Origin: Thermodesulfobacteriota bacterium
Lineage (GTDB): Bacteria > Desulfobacterota > Desulfobacteria > Desulfobacterales > SURF-7
Length of the DNA stretch: 64,000 nucleotides
Assembly: GCA_049320885.1 (NCBI GenBank)
Contig: JBMORA010000035.1
Coordinates: forward strand, 39,054-103,053
Reading direction: 5' to 3'
In this document: positions 35,738 to 42,952 of the stretch, piece by piece
How positions within the stretch are numbered: position 1 is the first letter of the stretch
How the letters are laid out: each line of letters opens with the position of its first letter
Made by a program: the position numbers and the translations under genes
Notes under the pieces: model-generated
What the model saw: only the letters and a program-made list of their open reading frames with translations
Databases searched by the model: none
What the model was told of the DNA's origin: nothing

Positions 35738-35884
35738 GTTCACGCGAAGACGCGAAGAGCGCGAAGGGAAAAGCGGTTTAACCACGGATTACACGGATTG
35801 CACGGATGAAAAACCAAAAGATGGTTTTTTGCCTCCGGCAGGAAAAAACTTGCTTCTCTTCGCGCTCATCGCGGCTTCGCGTGA
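35738..35884. repeat. Nested inverted-repeat element: CGCGAAG-type arms enclosing a CACGGAT-type left arm
   Basis: Outer arms are TTCACGCGAAGACGCGAAGAGCGCGAAGG and CTTCTCTTCGCGCTCATCGCGGCTTCGCGTGAG. The interior is GCGGTTTAACCACGGATTACACGGATTGCACGGATGAAAAACC...TTTTTGCCTCCGGCAGGAAAAAAC. Confidence 0.8.
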
Positions 35885-36067
35885 GATAGATCTATTTTTT
35901 CAGTGAAGCATTCACTGGATGCTCCTGTCGCCGGAATTGAAACACACAGTTTAAAAAGTGAGAAATTGCCGTTAAAATTTATGCAAAATCAAATAAAAAT
36001 AAACAAATGGTTTGCGAAAAGCGAAAAAAGCATATATAAATAATGCAAAAACATAATTGTATAAACC

Positions 36068-36850
36068 ATGCCATCCCGAACCGAAAAAAAACTGGAACAA
36101 AGCCTGCCCGAAGGGCAAGTGGTGAACCGCGCCTGGCTCAAGGCGCGTGGATTCAACCGGCCCAGGGTGGATTATGCCTTGCGGGCCGGCAAACTGGAAG
36201 CCATAGCCCACGGGGTATACCGAAGGCCAGGACCGCCACTCAAGTGGGAGCATGTGGTCTATTCGCTGAACGAGATGGGCTGCCCGGTGCATGTGGGTGG
36301 CCGCAGTGCTTTGGAATTGCAGGGGATGGCCCATTACCTGCCGCTGGGTGGCACGCAGCGCATCGACCTTTACGGCACCGCCAAGGTGCCCGGCTGGGCA
36401 TGCGATTTGTCGGCCCCGTACACATTCGTGGTCCATTCCCGGCGTTTTTTCAAGAAGCTCCCGGAGGCGGCGCTGTACAACCGGCCGTTCGGTTCCTGGG
36501 ACTGGCCCATTCCGTACAGCACTCCGGAGCTGGCCCTGCTGGAGCTTTTAGCCGGTGTCCGGGAGGCGACGGATTTTTCCATGGCCGATAAATTTTTTGA
36601 AAGTGCTGCCAATTTGCGGCCGGAATTGCTCGATGACTTGCTGGGTTCCTGCACCCAGGTGAAAGCCAAACGCCTTTTCCTGTGGTTCAGCGATCGTCAC
36701 GGCCATGCCTGGCGTCAACGGCTCGAAACCAGAGATATTGAACTGGGCCGGGGCAAGCGCATGCTGGTCAAGAGTGGGGCGTATGACGCAGTCTATCAGA
36801 TAACCGTTCCCAAGGACATGGCCGGTGGAAGTGAACAGTCCCTATATTGA
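36068..36850 (+). CDS. abiEi: Type IV toxin-antitoxin AbiEi-family antitoxin/transcriptional regulator
   Basis: 260 aa. N-terminal wHTH-like VVNRAWLKARGFNRPRVDYALRAGKLEAIAHGVYRR and C-terminal STPELALLELL pattern. It overlaps the AbiEii gene. Confidence 0.8.
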   Translation: MPSRTEKKLEQSLPEGQVVNRAWLKARGFNRPRVDYALRAGKLEAIAHGVYRRPGPPLKWEHVVYSLNEMGCPVHVGGRSALELQGMAHYLPLGGTQRIDLYGTAKVPGWACDLSAPYTFVVHSRRFFKKLPEAALYNRPFGSWDWPIPYSTPELALLELLAGVREATDFSMADKFFESAANLRPELLDDLLGSCTQVKAKRLFLWFSDRHGHAWRQRLETRDIELGRGKRMLVKSGAYDAVYQITVPKDMAGGSEQSLY

Positions 36851-37742
36851 ACAGGTCCGTCTGTTGATCAAGCTGATGCCCAGTGTGGCCAGGCAACCCT
36901 GTTTTGCCTTAAAAGGCGGGACGGCCATCAATCTGTTTCTGAGAGACACGCCACGGCTATCGGTGGATATCGACCTGGCTTATCTACCAATAGCGGATCG
37001 CGAGAGCAGCCTGGCGGGAATCGATGCGGCACTCGGAGCAATAGCGGAAGATATAGAAAGATATATACCGCGTACCCAGGTCAAGTCGTCTACCCTGAAA
37101 GGCACAGGCATGCGCTTCAAGCTATTGGTCATGCAAGCGGAAGCAAGTGTCAAGATAGAAGTGACGCCAGTGTTGCGGGGCACTGTCTATCCGGTTGAAA
37201 GCCGCCGGCTAGCGGAAAGAACGGAAAAGGCTTTTGGTTTTGCCGAAATGCAACTGCTCAGTTTTGAGGATATCTACGCCGGGAAAATCTGTGCGGCTCT
37301 GGACAGGCAACATCCGCGGGATCTGTATGATGTGCATTGGCTGTTGCAGAATGAGGGAATTGGTGAGCGATTGAAGAACGCCTTCCTGGTGTACTTGATG
37401 GGCCATAATCGGCCTATGGCAGAGCTGTTGGCGCCCCAGCCACAAGATATTACATCACTTTACCGGGCTGAATTTACGGGATTGGCTTACGAACCGCTGG
37501 AACTTGAAAGATTGCAGGAGACCCTGCCGAATTTGGTTGCCCTCCTTCATAGGGTTTTGAGCGATGATGACAAGCAGTTCCTGCTGGCGCTCAAACAGGG
37601 AACGCAGGATTGGCAAAAATTCCCATTGCCGGAAGTGGAACGGCTGCCGGCCATCCAATGGAAGATCCAGAATTTAGCGCGCATGAACCCCAGCAAACGT
37701 CGTCAGGCAATAACGAAGCTGGGAAATATCTTGTTCGGGTAG
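36825..37742 (+). CDS. abiEii: AbiEii/AbiGii-family nucleotidyltransferase toxin
   Basis: YIEQVRLLIKLMPSVARQPCFALKGGTAINLFLRDTPRLSVDIDLAYLP...QHPRDLYDV. The start is uncertain (GTG at 36825). Confidence 0.85.
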   Translation: MEVNSPYIEQVRLLIKLMPSVARQPCFALKGGTAINLFLRDTPRLSVDIDLAYLPIADRESSLAGIDAALGAIAEDIERYIPRTQVKSSTLKGTGMRFKLLVMQAEASVKIEVTPVLRGTVYPVESRRLAERTEKAFGFAEMQLLSFEDIYAGKICAALDRQHPRDLYDVHWLLQNEGIGERLKNAFLVYLMGHNRPMAELLAPQPQDITSLYRAEFTGLAYEPLELERLQETLPNLVALLHRVLSDDDKQFLLALKQGTQDWQKFPLPEVERLPAIQWKIQNLARMNPSKRRQAITKLGNILFG

Positions 37743-37848
37743 TATCATTGCGTCATTGTGTTCGGTTGGTCGGTTGTCGGTTGGGGACGGACGAATGTAA
37801 CACCATAACTTCATAGAAAATGAATGGGAAAATATATCCGTTTTCAGT

Positions 37849-37889
37849 GCTTAGAACCACCATTGCGGGGTTGAAAAGGGTGGTTTAAG
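37849..37889 (+). repeat. CTTAGAAC...GTTTAAG hairpin motif, copy 3
   Basis: In GCTTAGAACCACCATTGCGGGGTTGAAAAGGGTGGTTTAAG, the stem CTTA(G)AACCACC / GGTGGTTTAAG is perfect apart from one bulged G. Confidence 0.65.
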
Positions 37890-37930
37890 AAAGAGTGGAT
37901 CAATATAGTTTTGCCTCCGGCGGGAAAAGC

Positions 37931-38066
37931 GGGTTATCCACAGATGACACAGATTGACACAGATTAAAAACAAAAAAGAAGGGTTCTTTTGCCTCCGGCA
38001 GGGAAAAGGATATCATTTTTTTCAGTTATCTGTGTAAATCGGTGTAATCGGTGGATATAAAAAAAC
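37931..38066 (+). repeat. CACAGAT-type intergenic element, copy A (left arm, centre, right arm)
   Basis: Left arm GGGTTATCCACAGATGACACAGATTGACACAGATTAAAAAC. Centre with TTTTGCCTCCGGCAGGGAAAAG. Right arm TCAGTTATCTGTGTAAATCGGTGTAATCGGTGGATATAAAAAAAC. Confidence 0.85.
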
Positions 38067-38123
38067 ATGCCTCCTAAAATGTAAAGAAGCAAATGAAGGT
38101 ACTGCAACGAATAAGGCGCGCAT

Positions 38124-39995
38124 ATGGCACAAATGATCCCACCCGATGTTGAAACCTTCACGACCGAAGGCGAAAAGCAGTTCTACCGGTTCCTGGAAAA
38201 TGTCGGCAAGCCGGATTCGAATTTTATCGCCTGGTATACGCCGAACATCGATGGGAAGGAGCCGGATTTCGTGCTTTTCGGCAGTACCGTCGGCCTGCTT
38301 GTTTTTGAAGTGAAGGACTGGGGGCTTGAGCAGATCGTCGCGGCTGATAAGCATCAGTTCCGGCTCATTATGGGGGGCGTGACCGAGAACCGGAAAAATC
38401 CTTACCGGCAGGCCCGGGAATATTTCTACCAGCTGATGAACCGCATCGAGCAGGACGGGCGGCTTGTCTCGCAGGAGCCGGGACATCACGGCAAACCCCG
38501 CATACCGATCACCTGCGGCGTCATCTTTCCCAACATCAATAAATACGAGTATTCCCAAAAAGGCCTGGACAACATCATCGGCGCGACCAAGATCCTCTTC
38601 TGGGACGATCTGCACACCGCCTCGGATATTTGCACGGATCCGTCCGGCAAATGTTTCCAGGATGCCCTGGAAAACATGTTCGAGCATCGATTCCGTTTTT
38701 CCGTCACGGTCAAGGAACTGGATCACCTGAAACAGCTGATTTTTCCCCTGGTGAAAATCGAATTGCCGGAACGGAAGGGGCAGGACACGTTTCAGCACCA
38801 TCTGAACCGGCTCAAATCGATTGATCACCATCAAGAAGCCCTGGCCCGCAGGTTCGACGGCGGCCACCGGATCATCAGCGGACCTTCGGGCAGCGGGAAA
38901 ACCCTCATTCTGGTCCATAAGGCCGCGTTCCTGAAACAATACAATCCCGCGATACATCGCCTATTGTTCGTCTGCTACAACATCACGCTTGTGAATTATA
39001 TCCGGCGGCTGCTGGCGGCCAAGGGCGTGCCCCTGGGGAAAAACGGCGTTGATGTTTGTCACATCTTCGAGCTTTGTTCCCTAATCGTCGGTGAATCCGT
39101 TCCGTATGAAAACGAGGATGCCGATTATTACGATCTGGTTGTCCAGGAAGCGCTGGCCAGGGTGGCGACTTGCGGAATCCGCTATGACGCCATCCTGGTG
39201 GACGAAGGCCAGGACATGTCCGGCGATATGTACCGGGTCATTACGGCTCTTCTCAATCCGCAGACCAATCACCTGACCATCGTGCATGATGAAAACCAGA
39301 ACATCTATCGAAAAAGCCATACGTGGAAAGATGTCGGTGTCCATGCCCGCGGGCGTGTTCACCGGATTTCCTATATTTACCGGAACACCATGGAAATAAC
39401 GAATTTCGCCGCGCGGTTTTTGGACGCCTCGCCGGTGGACGGCCAGGGGGGCAACCGCGGGCAACTGGAATTGTTTCCGGATTTTTTTGATTTTCATGGA
39501 CCCGAGCCCGAGCTGATCCCATGCGGCGGGCTGGAACCGCTGCTGAATGTTATCGCCGGCAAGATCGACACATTGAGCCGTCACAACGGCCTGCCGTTCT
39601 CGGAGATCGCCGTGCTGTATTCCATGAAAACTCCCGGACGCCTCAATGGTGTCAACCTGCCCCTGGCGATCCGGGAACGCCTCGAAGGCGCCGGCATCTT
39701 GTGCACCTGGACGACCGAGAATTACCAGGCCAAACGATCCTATGATATCACGACCGACAGCGTCAGCATCAGCACCATTCACAGCGCCAAGGGATTGGAT
39801 TATGCCTGTGTCTTTCTTGTCGGGCTGGATTTTATCGAAACAGAGCGATGGTCCGAGGAGCAGATCCAAAAACTGACCTATGTGGGCATCACCCGGGCGC
39901 GCTACCAATTATTCATTCCCTTTATCGATGAATGCGAATTGATCCGGAACCTTTTGAAAGCGAAAAAAGATGGAGGTCAATCAAGATATTCTTAA
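38124..39995 (+). CDS. NERD-domain nuclease fused to a UvrD/SF1-like helicase
   Basis: 623 aa. NERD N-terminus (EPDFVLFGSTVGLLVFEVKDW). Walker A IISGPSGSGKTLILV. Walker B AILVDEGQDM. UvrD_C-like SISTIHSAKGLDYACVFLVG...YVGITRARYQLFIPF. Confidence 0.85.
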   Translation: MAQMIPPDVETFTTEGEKQFYRFLENVGKPDSNFIAWYTPNIDGKEPDFVLFGSTVGLLVFEVKDWGLEQIVAADKHQFRLIMGGVTENRKNPYRQAREYFYQLMNRIEQDGRLVSQEPGHHGKPRIPITCGVIFPNINKYEYSQKGLDNIIGATKILFWDDLHTASDICTDPSGKCFQDALENMFEHRFRFSVTVKELDHLKQLIFPLVKIELPERKGQDTFQHHLNRLKSIDHHQEALARRFDGGHRIISGPSGSGKTLILVHKAAFLKQYNPAIHRLLFVCYNITLVNYIRRLLAAKGVPLGKNGVDVCHIFELCSLIVGESVPYENEDADYYDLVVQEALARVATCGIRYDAILVDEGQDMSGDMYRVITALLNPQTNHLTIVHDENQNIYRKSHTWKDVGVHARGRVHRISYIYRNTMEITNFAARFLDASPVDGQGGNRGQLELFPDFFDFHGPEPELIPCGGLEPLLNVIAGKIDTLSRHNGLPFSEIAVLYSMKTPGRLNGVNLPLAIRERLEGAGILCTWTTENYQAKRSYDITTDSVSISTIHSAKGLDYACVFLVGLDFIETERWSEEQIQKLTYVGITRARYQLFIPFIDECELIRNLLKAKKDGGQSRYS

Positions 39996-40026
39996 GAAAC
40001 GGAGTGCGGTTACCGGTGGCCAGGAC

Positions 40027-40161
40027 GGTTTATCCACAGATTACACAGATGGACACAGATGAAAAACGAAAAAAGTTGCATTATTCTGCCTCCGGCAGGA
40101 AAAGAATATCATTTTTTTCAGTTATCTGTGTAAATCGGCGTAATCGGCGGATAGAAAAAAG
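40027..40161 (+). repeat. CACAGAT-type intergenic element, copy B
   Basis: Left arm GGTTTATCCACAGATTACACAGATGGACACAGATGAAAAAC. Centre ...TTCTGCCTCCGGCAGGAAAAG... Right arm TCAGTTATCTGTGTAAATCGGCGTAATCGGCGGATAGAAAAAAG. Confidence 0.85.
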
Positions 40162-40307
40162 TATGCCTTATAAAATTATCTGTGACCGTATCTGACACAC
40201 CAATCTGATATTGAATGACGGTATTCGGCATTGGGGCGGTACTGGGCTGAACCGAGATACCAGGCCGATTTTCCCACCCATGATGATCGAAACCGAAAGG
40301 GAGGTAA

Positions 40308-41246
40308 ATGTCAGATTATATTTTCAAGCATGTCACGGACAAAATCCTTGCGCAACTTGAAAAAGGGAACGTCGTTTGGAAAAAACCATGGACCAGCAAC
40401 GGGCTGCCGAGGAACCTCATTTCCAAACGCCCTTACAGCGGTATCAACTGGCTGCTGTTGGCAATGGCGGGGTTTGCATCACCTTTTTGGGCCACAAAAG
40501 AAGCGGTAGGTAAATTGGGAGGGAGGGTTCGTCCTGGTGAGTTGCCTGAGTTTGTCTTTTTCTGGAAGATTCAAAATTTGGAACGCCCCGAGGGGGAGGA
40601 AGGAGACCAGAGCCACCAGTCGCGTATTAGCATTTTTTACAAGGCTTACCAACTCTATAACGTGGAGCAGTGCGAAGGCATCGAGAAAAGGGTTCCCCCC
40701 TTTGTGCACCATGATTTCGACCCGATCGACAAATGCGAAAAGATTGTGAAAGATATGCCAGCCTGCCCGAAAATCTCCTATGGGGTTCCGGATCCTTACT
40801 ACACCTCATTGATGGACGAGGTGAAAATGCCCTCTCGGAAACTTTTCAGTGATACGGGGGAATTTTACTCGGCACTCTTTCACGAAATCGTGCACAGCAC
40901 CGGCCACGAGCGCCGCCTCGGCCGCCACGGGCGGATGCGCGAGAAGTTTGACAGCCATGAGCATAGGTACTCCCACGAGGAACTGGTGGCTGAGATCGGT
41001 TCCGGATTTTTGTGCGCCCATGCGGGAATCGAAAACCACGTGTTAGAGAATTCCGGCGCCTATATCCAACATTGGATAAAACGTTTTGAAAATAGGCAGC
41101 GGATGTTTTTTTTCGCTGCGGCGCAGGCGCAAAGTGCGGTGAATTACATTCTTGGTCTGGGGAAAACAGGTTATCCACAGATTACACAGATGGACACAGA
41201 TGAAAAACAAGAAGGCCAGCATATTTTGCCCCCGGCAGGGAAATAA
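40308..41246 (+). CDS. ardC: ArdC-like antirestriction protein (N-terminal ssDNA-binding DUF1738 domain plus zincin metalloprotease)
   Basis: ILAQLEKGNVVWKKPW...RPYSGINWLLL...FWATKEAVGKLGGRVRPGE...YKAYQLYNVEQCEG. Metalloprotease motif LFHEIVHSTGH. The last ~25 codons (GYPQITQMDTDEKQEGQHILPPAGK) translate the repeat element, so the native C-terminus has been replaced. Confidence 0.8.
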   Translation: MSDYIFKHVTDKILAQLEKGNVVWKKPWTSNGLPRNLISKRPYSGINWLLLAMAGFASPFWATKEAVGKLGGRVRPGELPEFVFFWKIQNLERPEGEEGDQSHQSRISIFYKAYQLYNVEQCEGIEKRVPPFVHHDFDPIDKCEKIVKDMPACPKISYGVPDPYYTSLMDEVKMPSRKLFSDTGEFYSALFHEIVHSTGHERRLGRHGRMREKFDSHEHRYSHEELVAEIGSGFLCAHAGIENHVLENSGAYIQHWIKRFENRQRMFFFAAAQAQSAVNYILGLGKTGYPQITQMDTDEKQEGQHILPPAGK

Positions 41247-41305
41247 TTGTTTTATTTTTTTAATTATCTGCGTGAATCGGCGTAATCGGCGGATAGAAAA
41301 AAAGC
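41168..41305 (+). repeat. CACAGAT-type intergenic element, copy C
   Basis: Left arm AGGTTATCCACAGATTACACAGATGGACACAGATGAAAAAC. Centre ...TTTTGCCCCCGGCAGGGAAAT... Right arm TTAATTATCTGCGTGAATCGGCGTAATCGGCGGATAGAAAAAAAGC. Confidence 0.85.
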
Positions 41306-42952
41306 ATGCGTCATAGAATCATCTGTGATCGTATCGGATCAACAACGGAAGGCGGACATGGCAGAGCTGAAAAAATGCATGGAACAGCAGCAAGAGGAAT
41401 CCTGCACCATCCAATGCGCCATCAATCTTTCCATGCTGTTCGATTCATCGGTGCAACGAAAACGCTTCAACCAGAAAAAGAACTATCCGAAGAACGACGG
41501 GCAGTGAAAGAATTCATCACCCGTGATCCCCTGTTGAGCCGCTTCGTGTCCAAGGTATTTCTCTTCGAAGATATTCCTGCCGCAGACCGCAAACCGGATG
41601 ATATCTATCTGCATGAGGTCGAGCAGTGCGATATTTACCTTGCGATCCTGGGCAAACAATACGGGTGGAAAGGCGTGGATGGTAAATCCCCGACGGAACT
41701 GGAATTTGAACAAGCCACCCGAACCCATCGGGAGCGCCTCGTCTTTGTGAAAGGAGACGATGACAAATCCCGCGAACCGGAAATGGCAAAACTGGTGAAC
41801 AAAGCGGGCCGACAGGTCACGCGGCGGCGTTTTTCCGATACACCCGGCCTGATCCGTGAGGTCTATGCCAGCTTGATAGAATGCCTGGAGGGCAGGGGGG
41901 ATTTCCGATCAACACCCTTTGACGACAGCGTTTGTGACGGGGCGACCCTCCAGGATATCGACACTGCGGAAGTCGACGCTTTTGTCGAAACCGCCGAAGC
42001 CGCCGGCCGGTTGAGCCTCAAAGGCGCGCGCACACCCAAAGCGGTCCTGCAGCATTTCAATCTCCTTCGGGACGGCCGGCCCACCAACGCCGCCATGCTG
42101 CTTTTCGGGAAGCGGCCAGAGGTGTTTTTCAACAACGCCCAAGTGCATTGTTTTCATTTCCTTGGAACGGAAAAACGCAAGCCCATTGCCTCCCAGCAGC
42201 CATATTCCGGCAGATTGCGGGAAGTCATCGACCAGGCCGTGGAGTTCGTTCTCGGCAAGATCGACCGCAGCGTGGGAACCCGCGCCATGGGAGTGCAAGC
42301 GCCGGTCAAGTTCGAGATTCCCCGCCCGGTCATCACCGAAGCCATTGTCAACGCAGTCGCCCATCGGAACTACCGTCATAATGGCTTCGTCCAGGTAATC
42401 GTGTTTGCCGACCGCATCGAGGTGTGGAACCCGGGAGAACTCCCGCCAGGATTGACCCCCGCGCTGTTGCGGGAGCCCCATGGCCCCATACCGCGCAACC
42501 CCTTGATCGCCGAGCCGTTGTTCCGGGTGAAATACGTAGAGAAAGCCGGCACCGGCACAACGGATATGATCGCCGATTGCCGGGAAGCGGGACTTCCGGA
42601 GCCGGACTTCGGACAGCGCGGCCCCCATTTTGTGGTTACCATCTGGCGGGACTGGCTGACGGAGGATGTCATTGGTTCATTAGGACTCAACGATCGCCAA
42701 CAAAGGGTTTTAATTCACCTCAAGGTCCGTGGACGGATCGGAAACACTGAATACCAGACATTGGTTGGTGTATCCAAACGTACGGCGCATCGAGACCTTA
42801 TTGAACTTGTGGAGAAGGGAATTGTAGAAAAGGTTGGTACTACAGGCAAGGGAACCGTATATATCTTGCGAAAAGGGGCCCAAAAGGGGCCAGAGGGGCC
42901 AACTGAATCCAAAGATGTCAAAGGGGCCACAAAGGGGTCAAAGGGGTCATAA
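41306..42952 (+). CDS. DUF4062 (TIR-like) fused to a Schlafen/AlbA_2, HATPase_c_4 and wHTH protein; the 5' end may be frameshifted
   Basis: DUF4062-like KELSEERRAVKEFI...VEQCDIYLAILGKQYGW...SPTELEFEQA...RLVFVK. AlbA_2-like middle part. HATPase_c_4-like ITEAIVNAVAHRNYRHNGFVQVIVFADRIEVWNPGELP...VEKAGTGT. C-terminal wHTH NTEYQTLVGVSKRTAHRDLIELVEKGIVEKVG. The listed ATG 41306 lies inside the repeat element. An SD-preceded ATG at 41358 is in the +1 frame. Confidence 0.75.
   Translation: MRHRIICDRIGSTTEGGHGRAEKMHGTAARGILHHPMRHQSFHAVRFIGATKTLQPEKELSEERRAVKEFITRDPLLSRFVSKVFLFEDIPAADRKPDDIYLHEVEQCDIYLAILGKQYGWKGVDGKSPTELEFEQATRTHRERLVFVKGDDDKSREPEMAKLVNKAGRQVTRRRFSDTPGLIREVYASLIECLEGRGDFRSTPFDDSVCDGATLQDIDTAEVDAFVETAEAAGRLSLKGARTPKAVLQHFNLLRDGRPTNAAMLLFGKRPEVFFNNAQVHCFHFLGTEKRKPIASQQPYSGRLREVIDQAVEFVLGKIDRSVGTRAMGVQAPVKFEIPRPVITEAIVNAVAHRNYRHNGFVQVIVFADRIEVWNPGELPPGLTPALLREPHGPIPRNPLIAEPLFRVKYVEKAGTGTTDMIADCREAGLPEPDFGQRGPHFVVTIWRDWLTEDVIGSLGLNDRQQRVLIHLKVRGRIGNTEYQTLVGVSKRTAHRDLIELVEKGIVEKVGTTGKGTVYILRKGAQKGPEGPTESKDVKGATKGSKGS

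Noticed and set aside
37931-41305. Integron attC sites / gene-cassette array
   Set aside because: The layout is suggestive, but the elements lack the RYYYAAC...GTTRRRY cores (their ends are TTATCC...GGATAG). The CTTAGAAC/GTTTAAG hairpins also violate the purine-rich R' core. No IntI-type integrase or attI is present in the window.
17433-41305. CRISPR array
   Set aside because: The repeats are inverted pairs made of tandem sub-units, their spacing is irregular (genes of 0.9-1.9 kb lie between them), and there are no cas genes.
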